The position numbers were made by a program, and so were the translations under genes. From a bacterium (lineage in GTDB: Bacteria > Hinthialibacterota > Hinthialibacteria > Hinthialibacterales > Hinthialibacteraceae), in the NCBI GenBank assembly GCA_041946805.1, contig JBHGBC010000066.1, positions 1 to 39,813 on the forward strand: DNA of 39,813 bases. The letters are read 5' to 3'. Shown one piece after another: positions 19,483 through 29,318 of the stretch (positions are counted from its first letter, which is position 1; each line of letters opens with the position of its first letter). The notes beneath the pieces were generated by a model, which had not been told where the DNA came from, searched no databases, and saw only the letters and a program-made list of their open reading frames with translations.

Positions 19483-20169
19483 TCACGCCACTCCCTCCGA
19501 GGGGCAATACGGGGCGAGCACACAGGCCTCGCAACCGGGCTTGCGCGCCTGGCAGACCTTGCGGCCGTGCCAGATCATGCGGTGCGAAAAGGCGGTGCGT
19601 TCGGCGGCGGGGACGAGCGCGATCAGATCCTGTTCGATTTTGTCCGGATCCTTTTGCTTGGTTAATTCCAGCCGGGCGGCCACGCGCTTGACGTGGGTAT
19701 CCACCATGATGGCGGGGATGCCGTAGGCGGTGCCCAGCACCACGTTGGCGGTTTTGCGGCCCACGCCTGGCAGCCGGGTCAGTTCGTCGATATCCCGGGG
19801 GATTTCACCATGAGATTTTTCCGTCAATGCCTGGCTGACAGCCAGCAGGCTTTTGGTTTTCTGGCGGAAAAAACCCGTGGGGCGGACGATTTCTTCCACC
19901 TCCTCCGGCGCGGCGGATGCGAGGGAGGAGGCGTCGGGGAAGCGTTGGAACAAGACGGGCGTCACCTGGTTGACGCGCTCGTCGGTGCATTGGGCCGAGA
20001 GGATGGTGGCGATCAACAATTCGAAGGCGTTGCGGAAATACAGGGCGCAGACCGGCTCGTGTGCTTGAGCCAGCAGGGGGATGATCTTCTTGATCCGTTC
20101 CGCGGCGGGGGCCACTTTCCAGTTTTTTATACTCTTGGGGGTGGATTTTGGATTGGATTTGGCGGGCAT
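19483..20169 (-). CDS. nth: Endonuclease III
   Basis: LLIATILSAQCTDERVN, LPGVGRKTANVVL, VDTHV and CQARKPGCEACVLAPYC 4Fe-4S motif. Confidence 0.96.
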   Translation of the reverse strand: MPAKSNPKSTPKSIKNWKVAPAAERIKKIIPLLAQAHEPVCALYFRNAFELLIATILSAQCTDERVNQVTPVLFQRFPDASSLASAAPEEVEEIVRPTGFFRQKTKSLLAVSQALTEKSHGEIPRDIDELTRLPGVGRKTANVVLGTAYGIPAIMVDTHVKRVAARLELTKQKDPDKIEQDLIALVPAAERTAFSHRMIWHGRKVCQARKPGCEACVLAPYCPSEGVA

Positions 20170-20176
20170 GGTGTCT

Positions 20177-20596
20177 TCATTCTCCCATCAATTGGACGAC
20201 GATTTCCCGCTGGCGGGGGCGGGTGTCGAAATCGAGCAGAATGACCTGCTGCCAGACGCCCAAAGTCAGGGTACGGTTCTCGAAGGGAATGGTCAGCGAG
20301 GGGCCGATGAGGGTGGCGCGCAGGTGTGAATGGCCGTTGCCGTCATGCCAGGTCTGGTCATGGTGATAGGACTTGTTGGAGGGGATCAGCCGCTCCAGCA
20401 GTTCGGGGATATCCTCCAAAAGTCCCGGTTCGTATTCCACCACGCTGATGCCGGCCGTCGCGCCGGGCGCGAAGACCGTCGCCTGCCCGTCGTTCATTCC
20501 ACTCTGGTGGACGATTTGGGTGATGCGGGGCGTCAGGTCGTGAATGTCCGTGTTGCCGCGGGTGGACACGCGGACGCGTTCAGTTTGGATTTTCAT
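20177..20596 (-). CDS. yjbQ: YjbQ/UPF0047 family protein
   Basis: GATAGI, YHHD..WHDGNGHSHLRATLIGPS and LGVWQQVILLDFD.RPR.R. Confidence 0.92.
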   Translation of the reverse strand: MKIQTERVRVSTRGNTDIHDLTPRITQIVHQSGMNDGQATVFAPGATAGISVVEYEPGLLEDIPELLERLIPSNKSYHHDQTWHDGNGHSHLRATLIGPSLTIPFENRTLTLGVWQQVILLDFDTRPRQREIVVQLMGE

Positions 20597-20765
20597 GGGA
20601 TCTCCCTGCGGGGTAATGTAATTTCGTAGTGTTATCTTTCCTCACCCTCACCCTAACCCTCTACCAGGGGGAGAGGGAATAGGTTCCTGTAGATCGCAAT
20701 GTCATCCCTTTCTTTCCTTGGCACCATCCTCTTCATTCCTTGGCACCATCCCATTTTTCCTCGAC

Positions 20766-20793
20766 GTCATCCCCGCGAAAGCGGGGAACCAGG
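20766..20793 (+). repeat. Repeat family D (GTCATCCCCGCGAAAGCGGGGATCCA)
   Basis: Copies at 25708..25735, inverted at 25961..25986, degenerate at 34416..34441. Confidence 0.85.
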
Positions 20794-20910
20794 ATTTTTG
20801 AGCAGGAATCCGAAATAATTCAATAATCGGTCTCTACTATCCGATTAGGAGGCAGGGGCACGAAGCAACGTGCCCCTACTTTACACTCGGATCATCTTTC
20901 ATACGTTCTT

Positions 20911-20930
20911 CCCAGGGCTGAAGCCCTGGG
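20911..20930 (+). repeat. Repeat family E (CCCAGGGCTGAAGCCCTGGG hairpin)
   Basis: Identical core at 21110..21129, with similar downstream GTTTAAA..GCCGT; variant at 32923..32946. Confidence 0.8.
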
Positions 20931-21195
20931 CTTGTTTAAATATGCCGTACGCGGTAGGTCTGGTGTGTTTTTCAACCGTTGATCCAATTTCCAAAACGGC
21001 ACGGATTAATTGATTGTACGAAAAGCCAATATGGCGCCCTTTCAAGGCGTTCCCTCACCCTAACCCTCTCCCGGGGGGAGAGGGAATTTTTTCGTAGGTC
21101 GCCATTTTTCCCAGGGCTGAAGCCCTGGGCTAGTTTAAACGCGCCGTTGGCGCATGAAAATGTTGATTCTATAGTTCCCCTATCAACGTCAATGT

Positions 21196-21477
21196 TCAAA
21201 ACGTCACCTCGAACGAATCGTACCTCCCGGTGGCGGGCATCCACTCCACGTCCACCGCGGAGACATGCGACAGCGAGGGGCCTTCCTCGATCCGGCGCAG
21301 GAATTTCTTGAGGGTTTGAGGATCGCCCTCGGCGATGATCTCCACCCGGCCGTCGCGGGTGTTGCGCACTTCGCCCACCAGGTTCATGGATTGCGCCACC
21401 CGCTGAGCGAAGTAGCGGAATCCCACGCCTTGCACGCGGCCGCTGACCAAGGCATGAATCCGGTTTTGCTCGCTCAT
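21196..21477 (-). CDS. acyP: Acylphosphatase
   Basis: VSGRVQGVGFR, GEVRN.RDGRVEIIAEG and GPSLSHV; ATGA overlap with the upstream GT-C gene. Confidence 0.95.
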   Translation of the reverse strand: MSEQNRIHALVSGRVQGVGFRYFAQRVAQSMNLVGEVRNTRDGRVEIIAEGDPQTLKKFLRRIEEGPSLSHVSAVDVEWMPATGRYDSFEVTF

Positions 21478-22661
21478 GTTTTTGCTCCCGAGTGTTGCTT
21501 TCCAACACACGCCAATCCCACACCGCCCAATCCGCATACCCAGGGCATGATGGGATGGCTGAATCGCAAGCACGAATACGACAGCGTGTAGATGGCGCAG
21601 TAATAGATTATCACGAAGAGAGGCAACGCGGTCCCCCGGTTCCTGATCCCCGCCTTCCACAGCCCGAACGCCGCCAGGAGCAAGAAAACCGATTGGACGG
21701 CCGTGACGGCGGCAATGGACTGTTCCGATGCGGGGACGAACCAGAAGCGCAGGAACTTCTTGCCGAAGAGGATTGCCGCTCCCTTGGGATTCTCGCGGAT
21801 TTCCCGCAGGCCTTCACGGTAGAAGAACTGGTTGATGCCGATCTCGTCTCCCCCCTCGTCCTTCACCCGCTTCCGGTGGGCTTGCCATTGCGCTTCCCAC
21901 AAGGGGCGGAGTTCGCCTTCCCAGCGGCCGTCCACCGCCTGGTTGTTGCCCAGCCAGAACTCCTTGCCGCCGCGCGTGTCGAACAGGAAAAAGCGGCCGG
22001 AGACCGCGGCGTTGCGCGCGCCCCAGGCCAGGGCGATGAGCGCCACGGGAATCAACAACGCCGCGAACAGCGGGCCGGCTTTCTCGAAGGGCCGCCGGAT
22101 GAAGAACGTGAGTCCAAAGAGCACAGGAAGCAGTTGCGTGGCGGGGCTGATGAAGGCCAGAAGAATCGAGAACAGGCCGAGCATCACGGCGTCGCGGGGC
22201 TCGTCCGATTCCATCACCCGCGCCGCGCCCAGCAGCCAGAAACCGAGCGCCGCGCCCTGGATGATTTCGGTGTTCATGAGGGGCAGGCGGTAGAGAGCCA
22301 GGGGATAGACCGCATAGGCCAATCCAGCGAAAAGCGCCGCCCGTTCACCGTGGAACCGGCGGATGAACAGGTACACACAGGCCAGGACGATCAGGTCCAG
22401 CCACACATGCCAGCCCCACATCAGGTACGTCTCCGGCAACGGAATCCGCCGGATGAACGCCACCAGCGCGGGATAGAGCGGCATGCGCTCGATTTGTTCA
22501 TCATCCAGAAAATGGCCGTAATGGAACAGATCCGCGGCCGGCAGGTAGCCGTCGCCGTCCCAATAGGGGTACAGGCCGCCTCCCGACTGGCGCACGTACG
22601 CCAGCCAGGCCAGGCGCAGGCCCAAGGCCATGATCAGAAGAAGCAGGAACCTCTTGGACAT
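21474..22661 (-). CDS. ArnT/PMT-like (GT-C) membrane glycosyltransferase
   Basis: Polytopic; LRL...DGDGY...RMPLYP; AYAVYP...MNTE; WGARN; FWLGNN; KFLRFW; RFSHPIMP. Confidence 0.82.
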   Translation of the reverse strand: MSKRFLLLLIMALGLRLAWLAYVRQSGGGLYPYWDGDGYLPAADLFHYGHFLDDEQIERMPLYPALVAFIRRIPLPETYLMWGWHVWLDLIVLACVYLFIRRFHGERAALFAGLAYAVYPLALYRLPLMNTEIIQGAALGFWLLGAARVMESDEPRDAVMLGLFSILLAFISPATQLLPVLFGLTFFIRRPFEKAGPLFAALLIPVALIALAWGARNAAVSGRFFLFDTRGGKEFWLGNNQAVDGRWEGELRPLWEAQWQAHRKRVKDEGGDEIGINQFFYREGLREIRENPKGAAILFGKKFLRFWFVPASEQSIAAVTAVQSVFLLLAAFGLWKAGIRNRGTALPLFVIIYYCAIYTLSYSCLRFSHPIMPWVCGLGGVGLACVGKQHSGAKT

Positions 22662-22688
22662 GGGCTTTCGTTCGGAGACTGGAGCGGC

Positions 22689-23369
22689 TCACCGGAACAG
22701 GTTGAACTTGATGATGCTCCAGATGGCGGAAAAGCCGTCTTTCCAGGTGATTTTCTTCCCCTCGGTGTAATCGCGCCCGTAATAGGAGATGGGCACCTCG
22801 TAAACCCGGCAATTCATCTTGGCGATTTTGGCGGTCAGTTCCGGCTCCACGCCGAAGCGGTTGGATTCGATCTGGATTTTCTTGATGACCGAGGCGCGGA
22901 AAGCCTTGTAGCAGGTCTCCATGTCCGACAAGTTCAGGTTGGTCAGCATGTTGGAGACCAGGGTGAGAAACATGTTGGCCAAATAATGCCAGAAGAACAG
23001 CACTCGTTGCTCCGGGCCCTTGAACCGCGATCCGAAGACCACGTCGGCCTTGTCGGCGAGAATCGGCTTGATGATGCGGGTGTAATCGGTGGGATTGTAC
23101 TCCAAATCCGCGTCCTGGATGATGACGATGTCGCCGGTGACATGCGCGACGGCGGTCCGTATGGCGGCTCCCTTGCCCTGGTTGACTTCGTGGAAAAAAA
23201 TCTTGATCCGCTCGTGCTGGATGGTCTTGAGAATCTCCGTGGTCCCGTCGCTGGAGCAGTCGTCCACGACGATCAGTTCCTTGTCCGTTTCTTCGTTCAT
23301 CACCTTGGCGATGATTTCCCGGATGGTGTCTTTCTCGTTGTAGACGGGCATGATCACGGATAATCGCAT
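22689..23369 (-). CDS. GT2 DPM1-like polyprenol-phosphate glycosyltransferase
   Basis: LSVIMPVYNE, IVVDDCSSDGT, NQGKGAAI, QDADLEYNP, DMETCYK and EVPISY.GR.Y.EGKKI. Confidence 0.93.
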   Translation of the reverse strand: MRLSVIMPVYNEKDTIREIIAKVMNEETDKELIVVDDCSSDGTTEILKTIQHERIKIFFHEVNQGKGAAIRTAVAHVTGDIVIIQDADLEYNPTDYTRIIKPILADKADVVFGSRFKGPEQRVLFFWHYLANMFLTLVSNMLTNLNLSDMETCYKAFRASVIKKIQIESNRFGVEPELTAKIAKMNCRVYEVPISYYGRDYTEGKKITWKDGFSAIWSIIKFNLFR

Positions 23370-23532
23370 GAGGCCATCCTTGAGTGAGATCAGCGGCAAT
23401 CAGGGTTTTGGAGATTATAAAGACACGCAATCCCCACGCAAGGATAGCCGTCTCCCGGGGTGGGAGGTTTTACGGTTCTCTCACCCTGGGGGCGGATCTT
23501 TACTCAATAACCCTTATCATCCAACAGAATAT

Positions 23533-23708
23533 CATCCCCGCAGGGGATAAACATGAATAGCCGTAGGCGGCAGCCTACGGTGAGGTGATAAAAAGCACCA
23601 ACCCCGCCGGGGTTGAATACCCCATTCGCCCCCCGCGGGATCGATCTCTCAGGGAACGGTCCCGGGGGTTGTCACCCCCGGCTATTCCCATTCAATCCCA
23701 TGGGGATT
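23533..23708. repeat. REPIN-like inverted doublet of family-E-related hairpins
   Basis: Left ATCCCCGCAGGGGAT..GAATAGCCGTAGG-CCTACGG..AACCCC-GGGGTTGAAT mirrors right ATTCGCCCC..CCGGGGG-CCCCCGGCTATTC..ATCCCATGGGGAT. Confidence 0.6.
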
Positions 23709-23740
23709 GGTTGCAGGCGGGGCGCCTGCGCTACAAATCC

Positions 23741-23891
23741 CTGACGAAGCGGCAAAAAGTCACTTGATGGTAGTGCGGACATCTTGTCTGCACACATCTT
23801 GTCTGCACAAAAATAGGGTTGCAGGCAGGATGCCTGCACCACAATATATGGAACATCACCCTATTGTTTTTACGATTTCCCACTGCGTCAG
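23741..23891 (+). mobile_element. MITE family 2, copy 1 (151 bp, includes a 15-bp tandem duplication)
   Basis: Ends CTGACGAAGCGGCAAAAAGTC / revcomp CTGACGCAGTGGGAAATCGTA; colinear with 30715..30849; internal family F hairpin pair; duplicated ACATCTTGTCTGCAC. Confidence 0.7.
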
Positions 23892-23970
23892 TGATGGCAT
23901 GGGAAAAAGCGGGGAGAGCACCGGAAAGGGCGTCAAAAGGCAGGATCGTATTCAGGATCGTAGAAGTCGC

Positions 23971-25578
23971 TCATTCCGGAACCCGGCGGGGGAGAAGAAT
24001 GGTGAAAACCGCGCCGGTGGGGTGATTGGCCGACACCCGGATGGTTCCCTGGTGTTCTTCCACGATGCGCCGGGTCATGGGCAAGCCCAAGCCCGTGCCC
24101 TGGGGTTTGCTGGTGCGAAAGGCCTTGAACAGTTCGTTCACCTGCTCCGGGGGGATTCCCGGGCCGGAATCGCGGATTTCCACCGTCAGGCACTCTTCCT
24201 CCCGGCCGATCGCGATGACGAGGGGCTTGCCTTCCGGAGTGACATCCAGGGCGTTGAGGAGGAGGTTCAGGATGGCCTGCTCCATCCGCTCCCGGTCGGC
24301 GGGGATGATCTTGTCCGCCACGCGGATTTCCTTGCGGATGGCCACCCGCTGCTGGTTGACGCGGTGGCGGAGCAGGCGCAGCAGGCGGTCGACCAGTTGC
24401 TCCAGGTCCACGGGCCGGCGGTCGAGGGGCCGGGGTTTCGCCAGGTTCAAGAGGTCGGAGACCAGGGTGTTCAAATCGCTGATTTTTTGGGCGATGACCT
24501 CGACGTCGCGGATGAAATCCTCGCCGGCGGGCGGAGCGGATTTCCATGAATGGATTAGCATATTGATGACCGCCAAGGGATTGCGGATTTCATGGGCCAA
24601 TCCCGCGGCCAGTTCTCCCAGGCTGGCCAGTTTGGTCGAAACCTGGAGTTGCTCTTCCATGGCGATGATCTGCCCATGCACGCGGGCGTTGGTGATGGCG
24701 ATGGCGGCGTGCGCGGCGAAGGTTTGCAGGAGATCCTCCTCGGAACGCTGCCAGCGGCGCGGGGCGGCGGAATAGATGTTGAGCACGCCCAGGACTTCGT
24801 CTTGAAACGTAATGGGGGCGGCCAGCAGGGAGACGACGCCTTCCTTTTTCGCCTGGGCTTTGTGTTTGTATAACGGTTCCTGGAAGACATCGTACACTTG
24901 CAGGAGTTTGTTTTTCTTGACCACCCGGCCCAGGATCGAGCCATCGAGGGGCAAGTTAGGCTTGTCCAGATATTCCAGGCTGCAGCCGTAGGCCGTGGCC
25001 AGTTCCAACTCGCGCCTCTTCGGCGAAACCAGCATCAGCGAACTCATCTTGGCGCGGAACAGGACAGTCGCCTTCTCGACCACGTTGAGCAGCACCCGCT
25101 CCAGGTCGAGCGAAGAGGAAATCGCCCCGGCGACATGGAACAGGGCCGGCAGGGGGCGCGTCTGCTCGGCGACCAGAAACTCGATCCACCCGTAGAACCA
25201 ATCGTTGGCGCGCCGGCCGGCCAGGCCTTGCAATTCCTCGAAGGAACGTTCTACATTGCCCAGGAAACAATGGACCAGGGCGCCGATCGTCTGATCGCCG
25301 CCGCGCAGGGGCACGACGACGATTTCCTCGGCTTGGCCGGTGATGGCGTGGCCCGGCAGAACGAAGGGGCCGCGCGCTTCCCGGACGGCCTGAATCGTGG
25401 CCGCGTCCGAGCAATGCGCCCGCCAGCAGCGTTTCCGCTGATCGGTTTCGCCGGTGGCGGCGCGGAGCAGCAAACTGCCGAACTGCGGATAGTCGAGGAA
25501 ATACAGGGCGGACTGGTTCGCCCCGCTTTCGTCCCGCGCCTGCAGCAGCGCGGTTTCGGGTGGGAGAATGCCGGGCAT
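23971..25578 (-). CDS. GAF-domain sensor histidine kinase (NtrC-partner type HisKA), soluble
   Basis: GAF (SSSLDLERVL..APITFQDEVLGVLNIY), LAHEIRNPL H-box, NLLLNA, DSGPGI and GTGLGL; ORF extension upstream of 25578 runs through repeats. Confidence 0.92.
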   Translation of the reverse strand: MPGILPPETALLQARDESGANQSALYFLDYPQFGSLLLRAATGETDQRKRCWRAHCSDAATIQAVREARGPFVLPGHAITGQAEEIVVVPLRGGDQTIGALVHCFLGNVERSFEELQGLAGRRANDWFYGWIEFLVAEQTRPLPALFHVAGAISSSLDLERVLLNVVEKATVLFRAKMSSLMLVSPKRRELELATAYGCSLEYLDKPNLPLDGSILGRVVKKNKLLQVYDVFQEPLYKHKAQAKKEGVVSLLAAPITFQDEVLGVLNIYSAAPRRWQRSEEDLLQTFAAHAAIAITNARVHGQIIAMEEQLQVSTKLASLGELAAGLAHEIRNPLAVINMLIHSWKSAPPAGEDFIRDVEVIAQKISDLNTLVSDLLNLAKPRPLDRRPVDLEQLVDRLLRLLRHRVNQQRVAIRKEIRVADKIIPADRERMEQAILNLLLNALDVTPEGKPLVIAIGREEECLTVEIRDSGPGIPPEQVNELFKAFRTSKPQGTGLGLPMTRRIVEEHQGTIRVSANHPTGAVFTILLPRRVPE

Positions 25579-25743
25579 GGATCGATTCCGGGAAAAGGAT
25601 GTAGTGCTGGTGTTATATAGGGCTTGAATCATCATAGCAGGCTTGGGGGGAAAAAGAGAAAGTCCACCGCCGGCCGGCCGTACATTTCCTTCAAGCCTTC
25701 CGAAGATGTCATCCCCGCGAAAGCGGGGATCCAGGAAATTATT

Positions 25744-25764
25744 GTAGTGCAGGCGTCCCGCCTG
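25744..25764 (+). repeat. Repeat family F (GTAGTGCAGGCGTCCCGCCTG)
   Basis: Inverted copies at 23712..23736, 23820..23844 and 30778..30800; degenerate copy at ~10817..10838. Confidence 0.75.
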
Positions 25765-26206
25765 ATTCCAATCCCAATGGGATTGAACGGGAATAGTCTT
25801 GCAGGGTGGACTCAAAGCGCGGCGTAGCCCACCCCCATGGCATCCCTTCCCGCCATCGCCTCTCCCTCCGGGAAAGGGCTAGGGAGGTGGAACAACATGG
25901 CGGGATGAGAGGACTTTTCATCGAGCGGATCCGTGGCGTGCCCTGATTGAAAAACCGGCCCGGCTCCCCGCTTTCGCGGGGATGACATCCTTGATAGATT
26001 GATGGGGAAAGAGCATCTCGTGGAAGAGGGGATGCAGCCCCGAAGGGTGGGATCAACGCACAGCGCAGCCCACCGGCGCGGCTTGGCCGAATTCAGAGGG
26101 GCTGGTTTTTCGGAGCGCCGGCCTTTTTCGCTGAGGTAAGGGGATACATGCGGCTTGTTCCGTTCGGCGAATCCGGGCAGACTGATGAACCGGGAGGATT
26201 ATCGAA

Positions 26207-26578
26207 ATGAGGCTTGACGAAATGGGAATTTCTCCGGAAATCACCAAGGAGGAACGGCTTTGGTCGACGTTTTGCCATCTTTCTTGCTTCGCGATATTCC
26301 TGCTCCCGCCGGTCGGCCATCTCATCGCGCCGTTGATCTTGTGGCTGATCAAACGGCATGATTCGTCCTTCATCGACGAGCATGGCAAGGAAGCGATCAA
26401 TTTTCAGATCAGCGTTACCTTGTACGCGATTCCCTGTGTGATTTTGGTGTTTTTTATCATCGGAATCCCCCTGGCCCTGGCGTTGGGATTGTTCTGGTTC
26501 GGCGCCAGTGTGTACGCCGCCATCCAGGCCAACGACGGCATGGTCTTCCGGTATCCCCTGACCATCCGGTTTCTATGA
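26207..26578 (+). CDS. DUF4870 domain membrane protein
   Basis: EERLWSTFCHLS..PLILWLIK..FIDEHGKEAINFQIS..AAIQAN.G..FRYPLTIRF. Confidence 0.92.
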   Translation: MRLDEMGISPEITKEERLWSTFCHLSCFAIFLLPPVGHLIAPLILWLIKRHDSSFIDEHGKEAINFQISVTLYAIPCVILVFFIIGIPLALALGLFWFGASVYAAIQANDGMVFRYPLTIRFL

Positions 26579-26829
26579 GGGGGAAGAGTTGGGGCCGGGC
26601 GGCCGGCAGAGCAAAACTCAAAACGCAAATTCCTCTTTCCCCCTAGGAGAGGATTAGGGTGAGGGATCCCTTGGCCACGACCCCCTCACTCCGGCCCTCT
26701 CCCAAAGGGAGAGGGAGAAAAAACACAGAGGATAGCTCACTTTTCCTTTTCTCACCTAGAACCGGACTATCCTTGAGTTGACAAATCAATATTCGATTAC
26801 TCATTCATTCAAACAGGATCAGTTTCCCC

Positions 26830-28209
26830 ATGCGGCTTTCGGTTATCATCCCCGTTTATAACGAAATCAACACGGTCGAGGAAATCATCCGGCGGGTGGA
26901 GGCCACTCCCCACGAGAAGGAAATTTTGATCGTGGACGACGGCTCCACCGACGGGACCACGGACATTCTACGGGAGATCGAAGCCCGGTCCCCCCACATG
27001 AAGATTTTTTACCTGGAGAAAAACCGCGGCAAGGGCGCGGCCATCCGCCACGCGCTGCCCCACGTGACCGGCGACGTGGTGGTCATCCAGGACGCGGACC
27101 TGGAATATTTTCCCGAAGAGTACGCCCCCATGCTGCAGGTGATCGAATCGGGGAAAGGGGATGTGGTGTACGGCACGCGGTTTTTGGGGCCGCACCGGGT
27201 TTTTCATTTCACCCACTACCTGGGCAACAAGATCCTCACCGGCCTCTGCAACATTCTCTTCAACACCATCCTGTCGGACATGACCACCGGCTACAAGATG
27301 TTCAACGCCAAGATCCTCAAGTCGATCACCTTGGAGGCGGACGGCTTCGGGTTCGACGCGGAGATCACCGGGCGGATTTTCCGCAAAAAACTGCGGGTGT
27401 ACGAAGTGCCCATCTCCTACGACGGGCGGTCGTACGAAGACGGCAAGAAACTGCGCTGGACGGACGCGTTCGTCCTGCTCTATTGGCTGGTCCGCTGCCG
27501 GTTGACCACGCTGGACATCGGCGAAGAGACCCTGTTCCGGCTTTCATCGGTGAACAAGTACTACCAGATTTTCCACGAACGGGTGGCCCACCTGATCGGC
27601 CGGCGTCCGCTGGAAATCGGTTCCGGCGCGGGCAACTTCACCCGCTTCTTGTTGGGGAAAGAATTGGGGGTGGCCACGGATTGCTCGAACAACCACCTGC
27701 ACACCATCCGGCAACGCTTCGTGGAAAACAAACGCTTCCGGATTCATTACTTCGACGCCAGCCAGCCCCCCTCGGACGAGTTGAAAGCCTGCCGGGTGGA
27801 TACGGTCATCTGCCTGAACGTGCTCGAGCACATCGAGGATGACCTCGGGGCGCTGCGCCACATGCGGTCGCTGCTGGTTCCCGGCGGCCGGCTGATTTTG
27901 CTGGTCCCTTCGATCAAGGCGCTGTACGGCAGCCTGGACATCGGCCTGGAGCATTACCGGCGCTACTCGAAGCCGGAAGTGCTCGAGAAGATGAAGCAAG
28001 CCGGCTTTGAAATCGAGCACACCTTCTTTTTCAACATGTGGGGAGTGCCGGGCTGGTTCATCAACAGCCGCATCCTGCGCCGCAAGGTGCTGCCCAAGTT
28101 TCAGCTGTACTTCTTCACCCTGCTGCATCCCCTGGTGCGGCTGGAGCGTTTTTTCAAGACGCCGTTCGGCTTGTCGGTGGTGGTGATTGGGAAAAATCCG
28201 GCGGCGTAA
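26830..28209 (+). CDS. Bifunctional GT2 (DPM1-like) glycosyltransferase / class I SAM-dependent methyltransferase
   Basis: N-terminal GT2 (DDGSTDGT, QDADLEY); C-terminal LEIGSGAGNFT, CLNVLEHIEDD, LVPGG and HYRRYS. Confidence 0.92.
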   Translation: MRLSVIIPVYNEINTVEEIIRRVEATPHEKEILIVDDGSTDGTTDILREIEARSPHMKIFYLEKNRGKGAAIRHALPHVTGDVVVIQDADLEYFPEEYAPMLQVIESGKGDVVYGTRFLGPHRVFHFTHYLGNKILTGLCNILFNTILSDMTTGYKMFNAKILKSITLEADGFGFDAEITGRIFRKKLRVYEVPISYDGRSYEDGKKLRWTDAFVLLYWLVRCRLTTLDIGEETLFRLSSVNKYYQIFHERVAHLIGRRPLEIGSGAGNFTRFLLGKELGVATDCSNNHLHTIRQRFVENKRFRIHYFDASQPPSDELKACRVDTVICLNVLEHIEDDLGALRHMRSLLVPGGRLILLVPSIKALYGSLDIGLEHYRRYSKPEVLEKMKQAGFEIEHTFFFNMWGVPGWFINSRILRRKVLPKFQLYFFTLLHPLVRLERFFKTPFGLSVVVIGKNPAA

Positions 28210-28214
28210 ACGAC

Positions 28215-28835
28215 TTAGCGGGACGTGCCTTGGTGGATGAAGTCCATGAATTCGGCCCGCGTGGCGCGGTTTTTGCGGAACACGCCGCGCATGGCGCTGG
28301 TGATGGTGTTGCAGTTCACCTTCTGCACGCCGCGCATCATCATGCACAGATGCGCGGCTTCGGTCACCACGGCCACGCCCTGGGGATGGATGGCGTCCTC
28401 GATGGCGCTGGCGATCTGCTGGGTCATGCGTTCCTGCAGCTGCAGGCGGCGGCTGAACACTTCCACCAGCCGGGGGATCTTGGACAGCCCGATGACTTTC
28501 CCGGCGGGGACATAACCGATATGGGCTTTGCCGAAGAACGGCAGCATGTGATGTTCGCACAAGCTGAAAAAGTCGATGTCGGTGACCACCACCATTTCGT
28601 CCGCGTCTTCCTCGAACACCGCGTTGTTGATGATTTCCACGATGTCCTGGTCGTAGCCGCGGGTGAGAAAGCGCCAGGCCCGCGCGAAGCGGTGGGGCGT
28701 GCGGATCAGGCCCTCGCGGTCCGGATTTTCCCCGATGTGGAGCAGCAGCTCGCGCGTGACCTGTTCCAACGGATCGAGGCCGGCCAGGGCGGCTTCCTCG
28801 CGCAGGGCGGCGGATTGGATGCGGTGGTTGGTCAT
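28215..28835 (-). CDS. folE: GTP cyclohydrolase I
   Basis: [39 protein letters not shown] and [13 protein letters not shown] overlap with the upstream gene. Confidence 0.96.
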   Translation of the reverse strand: MTNHRIQSAALREEAALAGLDPLEQVTRELLLHIGENPDREGLIRTPHRFARAWRFLTRGYDQDIVEIINNAVFEEDADEMVVVTDIDFFSLCEHHMLPFFGKAHIGYVPAGKVIGLSKIPRLVEVFSRRLQLQERMTQQIASAIEDAIHPQGVAVVTEAAHLCMMMRGVQKVNCNTITSAMRGVFRKNRATRAEFMDFIHQGTSR

Positions 28836-29269
28836 GGTGATGGTTCCGTCCCGTTTTTTTCCGGCCGGGTGTACGTGGCGGAATTGTTTTCCGATTCCCA
28901 CAGCCGGATTCTTTTCAGCATACCCGGTGGCAGCCGCCGGTCCAAAATACTCCAGAACGTGACGACCAAGTTCTCCACGGTGGGAATCGCCCCCTGGGTG
29001 AACGGAACGTCATGATTGAAGTGATGGTGGTCGGCCCGGGAGACGATCTCCTGGTCAATGAGGGCGTCCAGTTCCGTGAGGTTGATGATCATCCCGGTTT
29101 TGGGATCGGGCTCGCCTTCCACCGTGACTTCGAGATAGTAATTGTGGCCGTGGCCGTATGGATTGTTACACGGCCCATACACGCGCGCGTTCTCTTCCTC
29201 GCTCAAATGCGGGCTGTGCAAGCGGTGCGCGGCGGCGAAATGGGTCCGGCGGGTCAATTCAACGGGCAT
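28832..29269 (-). CDS. 6-pyruvoyl-tetrahydropterin synthase/QueD family protein with CX5HGH motif
   Basis: [55 protein letters not shown]. Confidence 0.9.
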   Translation of the reverse strand: MPVELTRRTHFAAAHRLHSPHLSEEENARVYGPCNNPYGHGHNYYLEVTVEGEPDPKTGMIINLTELDALIDQEIVSRADHHHFNHDVPFTQGAIPTVENLVVTFWSILDRRLPPGMLKRIRLWESENNSATYTRPEKNGTEPSP

Positions 29270-29318
29270 GGGGGCGCTCCTGCATCGTATGGCCAAACCA
29301 GCGGCATTTCATCCATTA

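Noticed and set aside
21492..23363. 623-aa plus-strand ORF, and other long antisense ORFs (8471..9970, 4405..5535, 29142..30389, 31569..32882)
   Set aside because: Shadow frames opposite well-supported genes, expected from high-GC codon bias; no recognisable motifs
25579..26100. N-terminal extension of the kinase ORF and short intergenic ORFs (e.g. 3932..4237, 8242..8424, 13677..13958, 30395..30586, 30612..30803)
   Set aside because: They translate repeat motifs (SLSLWERVRVR, LDPRFRGDD, QASRL, PHPGPLPEGEG), not real proteins
26778..26806. Sigma70 promoter at TTGACA upstream of the GT2-methyltransferase gene
   Set aside because: No convincing -10 hexamer at 16-18 nt spacing
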